From a virus (taxonomy: Duplodnaviria > Caudoviricetes), in the IMG/VR virus record IMGVR_UViG_3300018405_000011: a DNA stretch of 64,000 bases; one strand, 5' to 3'. Of this stretch, positions 29,746 to 39,563 are shown in pieces (position 1 is the first letter of the stretch; each line of letters starts with the position of its first letter). The notes beneath the pieces are model-generated. The model searched no databases, was not told the origin of the DNA, and saw only the letters and a program-made list of their open reading frames with translations. A program made the position numbers and the translations under genes.

Positions 29746-31023
29746 ATGAAAATATACTTAGTAGGTGGTGCAGTACGTGACATAGCAATGGGCTTAAGTC
29801 CAAAGGACTTTGACTATGTGGCTGTTGGCGGTAATCCCGATTATTTTCAGGAATGGAAGATGGTCGGTAAAGACTTTCCGGTTTTTATTGAACCGGCACA
29901 TGGATGGGAAGTTGCATTAGCACGTAAAGAAAGTAAGACAGGACTAGGGTATACCGGTTTTTCTATAGAGTGGGAAGGGGTGACTCTAGAAGAAGATTTA
30001 GCTCGACGTGACCTGACCATCAATGCAATGGCGCAGGAAGTTGACTGGGAGCAAACGGTTGAGAAAGGGTACCCTATAACAACCGGGGATATCATAGACC
30101 CCTACGGTGGCTTAGACAGTCTTAAGAACCGATTGTTGCATCCGACCTCAGTGCGGTTCGAAGAGGACCCAGTGAGGCTATTACGCGCCGGGCGCTTTCT
30201 AGCACGGTATACTGAGTTTAAGCCGAGTGTCCAGTTAATCGAAGTTTGTAAAAGAATGGCGCGACAGGGTACAATGGGTGAACTTAATGCGGCCCGTGTA
30301 TGGAAAGAAACGGAAAAGGCCCTAACTGAGCACTTTCCAGTGAACTACTTCGACTTCATTACCCAGTTTGACTTTCCCTTTGTACGGTTCTTACGGGCAA
30401 TGAAACATACCCGTGAGGACAATGCTTATCATCGTGAAGAGTCTGTCTATGACCATACAATGATGGTATTAGCTCATGCCAGTCAAACCGATAATAATCC
30501 TAGGCTTAACTTTGCCTGCTTAATGCATGACATTGCTAAACCCTATTGTTATGCAACTCAAGGGAATGGACATGGACATGAAGAGGTAGGAGTAGGGATG
30601 GTTAAAGAGTTCTGCTCTACATGGAGTATACCTAAGGCATATCGAGATTCGGCCATTGCAGTTACACGTTACCACCAAATGGTACATTCTGCACTAGGAC
30701 GTAATGGCGATAGTCCGCTTAGACCACGCAGTGTTATGACTCTCTTCAATGGCATCCATGCCTTTAATCAACCCGATAATTTAGAGTTTCTACTGCAAGC
30801 ATGTTTCGCTGACCATTACGGACGCATTGGCGATGAGCCCCCAGCCGTTTATCGCAATAGCGAGTTTCTAAAGGAGTGTTATGCCGCAGCTTCGCAGGTT
30901 GACGCACAAGCTTTAGCCGCTCGTCTTATCGAGAAGGGGAACTGCGCAGGACACGTCATTGGTGAACGTATCAATGAAGCGAGATGTAAAGCTATCTCGG
31001 TGGTCCGTAACCAATGGGTTTAA
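29746..31023 (+). CDS. cca: Class II tRNA nucleotidyltransferase (CCA-adding) with HD domain
   Basis: YLVGGAVRD, DFDY, EDLARRDLTINAMA, DPYGG and EDPVRLLRAGRF motifs; HD domain YDHTMMV...LMHDIAKP...HGHEEVG. Confidence 0.9.
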   Translation: MKIYLVGGAVRDIAMGLSPKDFDYVAVGGNPDYFQEWKMVGKDFPVFIEPAHGWEVALARKESKTGLGYTGFSIEWEGVTLEEDLARRDLTINAMAQEVDWEQTVEKGYPITTGDIIDPYGGLDSLKNRLLHPTSVRFEEDPVRLLRAGRFLARYTEFKPSVQLIEVCKRMARQGTMGELNAARVWKETEKALTEHFPVNYFDFITQFDFPFVRFLRAMKHTREDNAYHREESVYDHTMMVLAHASQTDNNPRLNFACLMHDIAKPYCYATQGNGHGHEEVGVGMVKEFCSTWSIPKAYRDSAIAVTRYHQMVHSALGRNGDSPLRPRSVMTLFNGIHAFNQPDNLEFLLQACFADHYGRIGDEPPAVYRNSEFLKECYAAASQVDAQALAARLIEKGNCAGHVIGERINEARCKAISVVRNQWV

Positions 31024-32180
31024 TAAGTTAGATTAGGTTATCTGCGTGATAGCAGATAACCTATCTTTTTAACTTAACTTATTTTTCTCTCTATAAAAGC
31101 CCAGAAGGCGGTTTAGATATAAATCAACCCACTTGCCTTAGTTAACTAAAATAACCCTCTTAGAAATCGATACAATGCGTTTTAAGCTATATTTGAATAC
31201 AAAGATTAAAGTAAGTTAAAAACATCCTGTTAAAGTTATGTTTTCTTAGTAGGTAATTTTGACTCTTGTAAAATACCCAATTTTGACCTAAATATTTTTA
31301 AGTGCGATGACTTTCTAAAATTAGGACATTTCTCTCTATCCATTGCCCCACCTTTAGTATGCCTTAATTTGTAAAAATTTACAGAGCCGATCAAATTAAG
31401 ATGAGGAGCTTTTCTAGATCTATTTTTTTCTAAAGAAAAAAATAAGTAATTATTAATATATATAGAAAAAAATATTTTAATAAGATTAGTCATATAAAGA
31501 TATTAAAAAAAAACAACTGAAAGTTGTTTTTAAAGAATATAAAACCTAAAAGAAAAAGATCAGGAACTCGAACTACGTTCTCATTCTGGAAATTAGATCG
31601 GTTTAAATATATCTCGAAGAGTCTGCTATGAGTGTAAGCACTCATAGACTCACTAGGAAGATTCTAGAGAAAAGTTTAGTAGGTTTATATAAAAACTCAA
31701 CATTTACACTCTACTCCTCCTGAGGACTACCTCAGGAGAGATGAAGTAAACTTTCAAAAAACATTGGATTATAACTGATGCCTCCCTTGAGGGGAGTCAT
31801 AGAAAGTCCCGGAGGGAGATCTAAAATAAACAAAATATATTTGGGCCGCGACGCGACGCCGTCGGGCACACCTCTGGCAAAAATAAAGTCCCTAATGCCC
31901 TCTAAAAGTTCCTGTATCGAACGTAGAGCCACGTTAAAGTATTAAGGTGATAGATTGCTTACCTTTTACATTATCGTCGCTCTAATCGCTTTACAGAGAA
32001 GATTTTATATTTTAATCAAAAACAGTAAAAACACATTCCTGTCTCCTTTTACGGAAGACAGGAATGGTTTGTAAACCCCGTAGGGGAGGTGCCACTAAGA
32101 TACCAGAGTGTGAAAACAGTGGCACCTCTATTCATCGCTGTAGCTAGGTCTAATAATTACAGCCATACAATTGGTGCGAT
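31024..32180. other. About 1.15-kb AT-rich non-coding tract with many inverted repeats
   Basis: No credible ORF; long A/T runs; perfect hairpins at e.g. 31626-31647, CTCCTGAGG-ACTA-CCTCAGGAG and CATTCCTGTCT...AGACAGGAATG. Confidence 0.65.
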
Positions 32181-32636
32181 ATGAAAACAACCGTAACCTA
32201 TCTCGAGGACATCTGTGATGTAGCACGGCTACGCACGGGGGATGTTCTTATCAATTTCTGTAACTGTCGCTGTGAATGGCGGAGTGATTGGCAGCAATCT
32301 TTAAAGCGTGCTTGTCAGAACGCATACATTGCCGATTTGAATACCCGTAAGGGAGACGCTACTAAGTTAGGCATGGTAACATGGGCTAAAGAACGTAATG
32401 GGGTCTTTGTTGTAAACCTATACTGTTACATTGAACATACCAAAGAACCTTTAACCACCATTGAGGAAAACCTCTATCGAGGACTTAAGGTGGTTCATGC
32501 CCTGTTCCCTAAGAGTAGGGTAGTTGTCCCTGCCCATGTGCCTTGTATCCTGCCTCGATGGCATACTTCACTTATGCAGCAACTCCATAGCGTACTGCAT
32601 GACCGAGACCTTGTTTTGTACGTAGACGGTAAATAG
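32181..32636 (+). CDS. Divergent macrodomain-like (A1pp) protein
   Basis: LINFCNC...AYIADLNTRKGDATKLG...VVNLYC matches phage macrodomain patterns, but the Gly-rich loop is degenerate. Confidence 0.55.
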   Translation: MKTTVTYLEDICDVARLRTGDVLINFCNCRCEWRSDWQQSLKRACQNAYIADLNTRKGDATKLGMVTWAKERNGVFVVNLYCYIEHTKEPLTTIEENLYRGLKVVHALFPKSRVVVPAHVPCILPRWHTSLMQQLHSVLHDRDLVLYVDGK

Positions 32637-32722
32637 AGACCCAGTCACCGAAGTGACTGGGGTACAACAGGCGACTCACGTGAAGCCACAAAGCTCTCTA
32701 CTAAATTTGTAAGTTATCTAAA

Positions 32723-32733
32723 ACCTATATTAC
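32723..32733 (+). promoter_or_regulatory. Phage early-type promoter motif
   Basis: AAAACCTATATTAC. Confidence 0.65.
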
Positions 32734-32770
32734 TTCAGTGATATACTCTAATAAACCAAAGGAGACTGTT

Positions 32771-33499
32771 ATGTCTAACGAACTTTTAAAACCACAAGAA
32801 TTATTGGCGCTCTGTAAACAGAACTTTGAATCCGACTCCCTTACCTTGGAAGACAGTGACAGTCTGAAGACAGCCCTGGAAGGATATGTACAGACTTACC
32901 CAGCCGTAGCGAAGGGGTTGTTTTATTCACAGAGCGAGAACGGTGTGTTGTGTACCGAACTTAACGACTATGTGGCTCGACTGTTCATGCAGTACCTGGA
33001 TGACCTGGTTAAGCTGAACCAGACGGTCTATGTGAAAACCTCTACATTCAACATCCAAGATACCGCAATGCCTAAAGCGATGCAGGCAGCACTATACAAA
33101 GCTATCCCGTATTACCTTAATGGCCCATGGTGCGTTACTGTCGATAAAGACCTACGTCAGTTCAGTCGCCGCTATCTAGCAGAAGACTCGGTTAGTCAGA
33201 TTGAAAAGATTAAGCGCATAACCGAGCGTCGTTTGCGTTATATCGCACCCGGCTCACCTGTCAGCATCGTTGGCGGCGGGGATAACCAGCACCGTGTAGG
33301 CATCCTCTGTGAAGCTAAGGGCGATATCCATTTAGGTTGGACAGAGTGTACTATTGCGTTCAGTGCCGGCGGTAATCTGGTAGAGTACGCAACCTATCAC
33401 CGTTCTGAGATACGTCCATTTAGTACCCAGAAGAAAGACCTAGATAAAATCGGTCAGTCTTTATGGGATACCTTAGAAGCTAAATTGGTAAAGGCGTAA
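32771..33499 (+). CDS. Hypothetical protein
   Basis: ATG at 32771 after AAGGAG is preferred over GTG at 32738. Confidence 0.65.
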   Translation: MSNELLKPQELLALCKQNFESDSLTLEDSDSLKTALEGYVQTYPAVAKGLFYSQSENGVLCTELNDYVARLFMQYLDDLVKLNQTVYVKTSTFNIQDTAMPKAMQAALYKAIPYYLNGPWCVTVDKDLRQFSRRYLAEDSVSQIEKIKRITERRLRYIAPGSPVSIVGGGDNQHRVGILCEAKGDIHLGWTECTIAFSAGGNLVEYATYHRSEIRPFSTQKKDLDKIGQSLWDTLEAKLVKA

Positions 33500-33546
33500 C
33501 TTCAGAACCTATAACCCCCCCCCCATCATGAGAGGAGTATTAAAGC

Positions 33547-33738
33547 ATGCAACCCAGTAAGTCAGAAGCGGATTACGAGCTTATACGTAAAGGCGAATGC
33601 CCTAAGTGTCATGCTGTCGGTACCCTACAGGAAATCTCCTTAGGACATGGCGGCATGATAGCCTGTACCCGCTGTAATCAGGAATGGGACCTCGTTACCC
33701 TCATGCATGGGGCTAACCCCACTAAAACTCAATCTTAG
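33547..33738 (+). CDS. Small Zn-ribbon protein
   Basis: CPKC...CTRC in 63 aa; GAGGAG RBS. Confidence 0.6.
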   Translation: MQPSKSEADYELIRKGECPKCHAVGTLQEISLGHGGMIACTRCNQEWDLVTLMHGANPTKTQS

Positions 33739-33752
33739 AAGGGATATTAATC

Positions 33753-34052
33753 ATGGCGATTATTACAGAATGGTGGTGGCTAGCGTTACTAGTAGGGCTG
33801 CCTGCTGGCATAGCAATCAGTCTCATCAATCACCGCACCATGCGTAATTGTAAATCCCCTGTTTTTCCAGAAACGGAATTAAAGGAAATTATAGCGACCT
33901 GTCGCAGTGAAGGGAAATCCCCTAAGCAAGCCCTTTCATTAGCGAGGGTTTATCTCATCAACCATGGCCATATGGGTTCCAGTTGTGGTTTCCATTTAGA
34001 AAGGCTGGTCTCTGAAGAGTACTACGGTAAACTTCCTTTAAGTACCGGTTAA
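33753..34052 (+). CDS. Membrane-anchored hypothetical protein
   Basis: N-terminal TM segment; AAGGGA RBS. Confidence 0.6.
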   Translation: MAIITEWWWLALLVGLPAGIAISLINHRTMRNCKSPVFPETELKEIIATCRSEGKSPKQALSLARVYLINHGHMGSSCGFHLERLVSEEYYGKLPLSTG

Positions 34053-34142
34053 GGTACTGTGCTATTGCTCCTACTGTCCTTTACGGGGCAGTAGGAGCTT
34101 TATTTCTTTCTATCTTAATTTTTCATAGATTGGAGATAACGC

Positions 34143-34751
34143 ATGTCGTTACTACAACCAAAAATCAAACGGGTATCTGGGTACGGTAACTTAGACGTAG
34201 AGAACCCTGACCCTCAGCGTTATATGCAATGGGCGTGTTTACTACACGCCATAGTAAAGCGAGATAAAATCCCTACGGGTGACTTCCTAACCTACAGTGC
34301 GTTTTCACACTGGTTAGACAGTGTCGACTATAGACCGAGCCATACTCGCTTGGTTGACCTATCCCCTTTACTGGAACCTGGAAACTGTCTAGGTACAGAG
34401 CACTATGTTTGTTTACCTGTAGACGAAGCTTATCAGGTTCGAATTACAGTTAAGCAGAGTAAGGCAGGGTTACCTCGATGGGTACGTCGGTCTAACAGTC
34501 ACCGTACCGCTTATGCGTTTACTATTACTCAGTATTTGAAAACGGGTAATCGTGTTATACGTGGTACTCGTAATACTCCCTTAGAAGCTCACAATGAAGC
34601 TCTAAGGGTTTTTATTGGTAATCTTAAACGTATCTACCAGGGTAATTCTAATTCGTTAAATAGAGCTGTTTTAGAGCGTTCTATTGAAGTACTAGAATCT
34701 CGTTATAAAAGTAATCTTACTCTTATTGAGAATAAGGTATTTTTTATTTAA
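34143..34751 (+). CDS. Degenerate homing-endonuclease-like protein with AP2-like C-terminus
   Basis: GYGNLD...YMQW...FLTYSAFSHWL...GNC...LPRWV...TPLEAH follows the phage GVGIND/DKD-type His-Me + AP2 family, but the LDKD motif is lost. Confidence 0.5.
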   Translation: MSLLQPKIKRVSGYGNLDVENPDPQRYMQWACLLHAIVKRDKIPTGDFLTYSAFSHWLDSVDYRPSHTRLVDLSPLLEPGNCLGTEHYVCLPVDEAYQVRITVKQSKAGLPRWVRRSNSHRTAYAFTITQYLKTGNRVIRGTRNTPLEAHNEALRVFIGNLKRIYQGNSNSLNRAVLERSIEVLESRYKSNLTLIENKVFFI

Positions 34752-35078
34752 CTTTACTTGCCTAATATTTTGAGGGGGGTACCGAGCAGAGCGAGGTGGG
34801 GGGAGATACCCCCCTCTATCTAATATTAGAAATAGTATTATGAAACTGTGAGTACTCAATACTCACAGAGGAGATCATGAACACTGTGTACTGATAGACA
34901 GTACACACATGAGAGACATTTAAGCCCTACTATCGTACTATAACCTGATGATTCTATCTACTCTCCTAGAAAGAGAGTAGATAGGGTTATAGACTGTATT
35001 TAGGGATATTATGATTTATCTGTTTACTTTGAGTAAACAGAGTAGTAAGTACTGAATACTTAGAAAAGGAGAAAAGAG

Positions 35079-35672
35079 ATGAGTCGATTAGTATGTGGAT
35101 TGGGTATCAATGACATAGAGAACCCTGTCGTGATTAAAGACAATGGTCTGATTGTCTATCGATGTCCATTCTACGCCAGATGGCACCATATGTTAAGTTT
35201 GGCTAAAAAGCGTGGCTATGACGTGTGTCCTGAGTTTCTTAAGTTTAGTGGATATAAGGCCTTTTTAAAGCGCAGTGGGTATACTGACGGTAAACTCGTC
35301 CTGTTACTGCCGGCTTATCTAAGCACCTCAGTCATTGACCCTACCTCCGTTGCCGTATTAGACGCTCACCAGGTTCGCTACATTACGAATATCCGTTGGA
35401 GTCGTAAAGCCCTACCTTGGGTAACAGCACGTAACAGAGGCTACGTAGGTGACTTAACCCTACACTATCCAGTCACGCATCGTGCTACCCATCGTGGGGA
35501 TAACGAGCTGGATATTCATCTACGATGCTTAGCGGATAAGATTAAAGACTTAACTCACTTAGCTGAGGAGTATCGTACTAACCCATGGACCTTTCACAGC
35601 TTACGTCGGCTAGTTTCCCATATGGAGAATTCCTTTAAGGAATGTCTCCCTTATGCCCCTGACCCATTTTAA
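35079..35672 (+). CDS. Degenerate homing-endonuclease-like protein, distant paralog of 34143
   Basis: LVCGLGIND...CPFYARWHHML...VCPEFLKFSGYKAFL; LDKD position replaced by LVLL. Confidence 0.55.
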   Translation: MSRLVCGLGINDIENPVVIKDNGLIVYRCPFYARWHHMLSLAKKRGYDVCPEFLKFSGYKAFLKRSGYTDGKLVLLLPAYLSTSVIDPTSVAVLDAHQVRYITNIRWSRKALPWVTARNRGYVGDLTLHYPVTHRATHRGDNELDIHLRCLADKIKDLTHLAEEYRTNPWTFHSLRRLVSHMENSFKECLPYAPDPF

Positions 35673-35938
35673 TCAATTCTCCCTCTTTACGGAGGGAGTT
35701 TCCTATTTCTTTTTTTGTAATTATTATTTACAGACTCGTGTTATATAGGTAGTGGATAACCGACATTTGCCTCCAGCAAATGGGTAGGGGATTATGATCT
35801 TAAAAGAATCTAGAAAGATCTTGTAAATAGATCGTGAAAATTAACAAGGTAATCCTATGTAGGTTTTACCTAAAACAACGTCGTTATTCACTCAGCCTCA
35901 ATCGACTAAGGGTATCCATTTACCCTAGGAGAATGATC

Positions 35939-36322
35939 ATGCTCACAGGAAACTACATAGAAATGTTTGAAGTATTAGGAATTAGTCTAGGGTACCTTAT
36001 CCTCATCGTGCTATTTCTGACGATTGCCGTAGGCAGCTTCATTGCTGCAGGGCCATTTAATCAAAATGCCATGGATGCCGTCAAAGAAGAAGAGATAGAG
36101 CGGTTAGCACTAATCCTCAAAACCAAACTCATCTATAGTCCTCGCTTATCTAACCCTAAGCGATGGATACAACACCGATGTTCCAAACACTGTAAGAACA
36201 CTTCCCTAGAATCTAAGTTTACGTCACACGACATTGACACCATTGTCATGAAGGCACGGGTATTAGTCCATGACTATCGTCGTACCGTAGGTCGCCTAAA
36301 AGAGGAAGGTAAACTCATATAA
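35939..36322 (+). CDS. Membrane-anchored hypothetical protein
   Basis: AGGAG RBS favours ATG at 35939; N-terminal TM segment. Confidence 0.6.
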   Translation: MLTGNYIEMFEVLGISLGYLILIVLFLTIAVGSFIAAGPFNQNAMDAVKEEEIERLALILKTKLIYSPRLSNPKRWIQHRCSKHCKNTSLESKFTSHDIDTIVMKARVLVHDYRRTVGRLKEEGKLI

Positions 36323-36340
36323 CAACTAAGTAGGCTAGCT

Positions 36341-36727
36341 ATGGACGCGGAGCGCGAACTCATCTACCAACTCCTCTCCATTGCCGGTATTATCGCCGGT
36401 GGCATCTTTGCGATATGGAAGGGGTATTTACAAAAAAAGAATACTCGCCTGGAACTCATCACCGTCAATAAGAAACGGGAGATTCAGAAAGAGAAAGTAT
36501 TCATTGCAAAATTCATTGCCTCTATCGCCTTAATGCTGGCACGTACTGAAAATGCCCCTTTAGGAGGGCGTCATTTCTCTAGAGCAAAGGAGTTCTATCT
36601 AGAGTATGGACATCTATTAGGTCATGAGCCTAAGGTGTACCCTGGACTGTTTAAGCTTGCTAAGAAGATAGCGGTACGTGACTTGTCTCAGGGAGTAGAC
36701 CCGGAGTCTTACTACGATGAAGATTAA
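36341..36727 (+). CDS. Membrane-anchored hypothetical protein
   Basis: N-terminal TM segment LLSIAGIIAGGIFAIW. Confidence 0.6.
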   Translation: MDAERELIYQLLSIAGIIAGGIFAIWKGYLQKKNTRLELITVNKKREIQKEKVFIAKFIASIALMLARTENAPLGGRHFSRAKEFYLEYGHLLGHEPKVYPGLFKLAKKIAVRDLSQGVDPESYYDED

Positions 36728-36776
36728 CCGGGTACTATAATTAAATGTGTGAAACTGACAGTAGGGAAGGTTGTCA

Positions 36777-37064
36777 ATGATAGTACGCTTGAGTTTAGTG
36801 CTCCTTGCGTTATGGTCATTCTACAGCTTGTCTGTCTTCGTACATACGCGTGTTATTCCAGTTGATAGCCCATGGGTAGTTGCTTTAGAAAGCAATTCCC
36901 ATGATAGTGCTATCATTCCAGCCGGAATAGCGCTGGAGCGACGAATTGAATCCGGGATTATCCAATCTTGTGTAGACCACAAGAAGAATGGCCCGGCATT
37001 CGTAGATGGACATAGATGTGACCATAACACACAACAATACCGGTTGGTTTGGGAAACAGGCTGA
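36777..37064 (+). CDS. Secreted or membrane hypothetical protein
   Basis: Signal-like N-terminus and two Cys; ATG at 36777. Confidence 0.55.
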   Translation: MIVRLSLVLLALWSFYSLSVFVHTRVIPVDSPWVVALESNSHDSAIIPAGIALERRIESGIIQSCVDHKKNGPAFVDGHRCDHNTQQYRLVWETG

Positions 37065-37203
37065 ATGTATGGTTAATCTATACGACGCCTAAAATGGCTT
37101 AAGTCCCATATATCTTTTTGTTTATTAGACCGTCCATAGATAGGTCAGCCTTAAATGGCAAAACAAAACAGTCCGTCAATACTGAGAGATTGATATAAGA
37201 CCT

Positions 37204-37235
37204 CCTAGGGAGATAGCTAATGCTATCTCCCTAGG
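37204..37235. terminator. Bidirectional terminator
   Basis: CCTAGGGAGATAGC-TAAT-GCTATCTCCCTAGG. Confidence 0.65.
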
Positions 37236-37255
37236 CACTCTTATCTTTTTTCTTT

Positions 37256-38032
37256 TTAATAGATACCGCCTAACATGATACCGATATGTTCACGGCTGGC
37301 TTCAGGGTCACTGAAGATGGCGATGCGATGGAACGTGTCCTCGATGAATTCTTGATATCGCACATACGCGTCTTCCATCTGGTCTAGCCGACTCAGTAAA
37401 CGGTCGTTAGGCGTACCACCAGTCGATGAACCACTGCCAATTTGAATGGATACGCGGTTGTAGACAATGGCTTCGGTCGCCATCACGCAGAGGTTAGCAA
37501 AGTCTCTCCAGTAAGCTTTATCGACAGTAGAGAACTGCTCGTCATAGGAAAGAACGCATTTTAACCAAGCAATACCGCCTAGCGTTTCATGTACCAGTAC
37601 GGTATTCGGACCGACTAATCGTACATTCGAAATTCCTGCACTTTCAAAAGGTGTAGAGGACGCCAACATGGCATTCGCGGCATTAGTTAATGGGTCTGAC
37701 CCAGTATCGAAGTTATTCCTACGTGCCCCGTACTCGATGGCCATTACTCTGGAGATTTCGCGTCCTTGAGTCATAGAGGTAGGTATGCGGTAGATGTAGG
37801 CGCCTTCAGCAACAGTCGGTGTTAGTCCAGACAAATCAATGTTCGTGTGTTGACCACCGATGGTGTTAAGGTCTGGTAATACAAACTGGTCAATGACTTC
37901 ACTCTTAATGAGCCATTCCAAAGAAGTCGTGTTATGTCGTTGATAGAGGGAATGTTGTTTAAAGGCCATATTAAGTAAATCGTAAGGAATACGGTTTCTA
38001 ATATGGGATATGACGTAATCGATTAATTCCAT
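37256..38032 (-). CDS. Conserved virion protein (phiKZ gp42 / SPN3US gp8-like)
   Basis: RIPYDLLNMAF, FVLPDLNTIGGQ and YRIPTSMTQGR motifs as recalled; divergent from PhuZ. Confidence 0.55.
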   Translation of the reverse strand: MELIDYVISHIRNRIPYDLLNMAFKQHSLYQRHNTTSLEWLIKSEVIDQFVLPDLNTIGGQHTNIDLSGLTPTVAEGAYIYRIPTSMTQGREISRVMAIEYGARRNNFDTGSDPLTNAANAMLASSTPFESAGISNVRLVGPNTVLVHETLGGIAWLKCVLSYDEQFSTVDKAYWRDFANLCVMATEAIVYNRVSIQIGSGSSTGGTPNDRLLSRLDQMEDAYVRYQEFIEDTFHRIAIFSDPEASREHIGIMLGGIY

Positions 38033-38125
38033 TGCTCTCGGCCCCTTTGTGGTCTTTTACGGGTGACGTGAATAGGATAGGGTATGGGCCCTAGTATACA
38101 TAATGTTTAAAAGGAAAACAACACA

Positions 38126-39127
38126 ATGAAAACCAAACTAATGATTTACGGCTGTGGTGGTACAGGACTTAACCTACTGCAGGATGTGATTGACCACCCT
38201 AATCTACCGACTCAATCACCGGTAGATGCTGTACGTATTGACCTGTCTAACGCAAACGAGCGTAAGGACTGTCCTCTACCAAATTACTCTATTCCTGGTA
38301 CCGGCGCTGGTAAAGACCGTGCTTTAGCACTCGAACAAACACGTCCTCACATTGACGACATCCTTAAGCAGCACTTACCTGGCACCAACAACATCGTACT
38401 GTTCAGTGCCGCAGGCGGTACGGGTTCAGTCGTTGGTCCTCTTATTATCGCTGAACTGTTACGTCGCGGACATTCTGTAACAGCCTTTGTAGTAGGTTCT
38501 ACCTTAACGGGTAAGCACTGTAAGAACACACATAAAACATTGCTTACCTTACAGCAGCAAGTACGCAACATTAAAGTGCCTTTAGCATTGGCGTATTATG
38601 AGAACGCAGAAACTGAGACTGAGACAGGTCGTAAAGGTAATCGCCCTATGGTCGATAAGACGATTGCTAACGATATTTACCGTATGTCTCTTCTTTCTTC
38701 AGAAACACATCGTGAGCTTGACCGTAACGACTTTAAGAACTTCTTAGACTATCGTAAAGTTACCGATGTACCACCACAGCTTACCGAAATTATCTTTGGT
38801 GTAGTGGGCGATGAGAACGCGAATGACTTTAGCGCATACCAAGGTTCCGTTATCAGTTCTGTCTCTGTGCTACGCTCTAAAGCCGATACGGGTCCTGACT
38901 TAGGTCAGCCTTATGGCGCCGAAGGTTACTATCAAGAAGAAGTCGTAGAAGAGTACGGTGATAAAGCCCATGGCCAATGTGCGATTCTGACAACATTGAA
39001 TCTAAGCACCTATATGGATAATGTGCTGGCACGACTACAGCATTTAGAAGAAGTGGAAGAAAACCTAAAGCGCGATAACGGTTTCCGCTGTGATATTGCT
39101 TCTGATGACGATGACGTCCTACTATAA
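38126..39127 (+). CDS. phuZ: PhuZ phage tubulin
   Basis: IYGCGGTG, GAGKDR, tubulin signature SAAGGTGSVVGP, ELDRND T7 loop and an acidic C-terminal tail ending DDDDVLL. Confidence 0.93.
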   Translation: MKTKLMIYGCGGTGLNLLQDVIDHPNLPTQSPVDAVRIDLSNANERKDCPLPNYSIPGTGAGKDRALALEQTRPHIDDILKQHLPGTNNIVLFSAAGGTGSVVGPLIIAELLRRGHSVTAFVVGSTLTGKHCKNTHKTLLTLQQQVRNIKVPLALAYYENAETETETGRKGNRPMVDKTIANDIYRMSLLSSETHRELDRNDFKNFLDYRKVTDVPPQLTEIIFGVVGDENANDFSAYQGSVISSVSVLRSKADTGPDLGQPYGAEGYYQEEVVEEYGDKAHGQCAILTTLNLSTYMDNVLARLQHLEEVEENLKRDNGFRCDIASDDDDVLL

Positions 39128-39152
39128 CCATTAAAATCCAAATAATTCTGTT

Positions 39153-39163
39153 ACCTATATTAC
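39153..39163 (+). promoter_or_regulatory. Phage early-type promoter motif
   Basis: ACCTATATTAC upstream of the ten-gene array. Confidence 0.65.
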
Positions 39164-39182
39164 CTGGGTAGCAGAATTATTA

Positions 39183-39563
39183 ATGGAGTTTCTTATGCAT
39201 ACTGCATATATTCAATCTTTAACCCCTGAGCAAATACAGTTATTAAACCACGTTATACAAACCTATGACTCTTCCTTTGTGCCGTCCTCCTCGCGTCATG
39301 TATCATACCGCTTACGCATCTACGAACAAATCATTGGAACGCTATTAGCGGAACACTGGGGGGCGAGGTTTAAACCCCATCTTACCCAGAGCTATGTCCA
39401 GCTACAGCAGTATGTCAGAACCTGTACCAATAAAGAAATACTTTTAAGTGTTTTAAAACCCATTCCATTGTGGCAAGTAACTTTCCATGTGGAGTTTATT
39501 GACCCTGTGTCGTTTATTGTCTATGAAGAAGGAGCAAGAAGGCCATGCGCCCCGATTATTTAA
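39183..39563 (+). CDS. Hypothetical protein (array gene 1; start may be 39195)
   Basis: First ORF after the promoter; overlaps the next ORF. Confidence 0.65.
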   Translation: MEFLMHTAYIQSLTPEQIQLLNHVIQTYDSSFVPSSSRHVSYRLRIYEQIIGTLLAEHWGARFKPHLTQSYVQLQQYVRTCTNKEILLSVLKPIPLWQVTFHVEFIDPVSFIVYEEGARRPCAPII

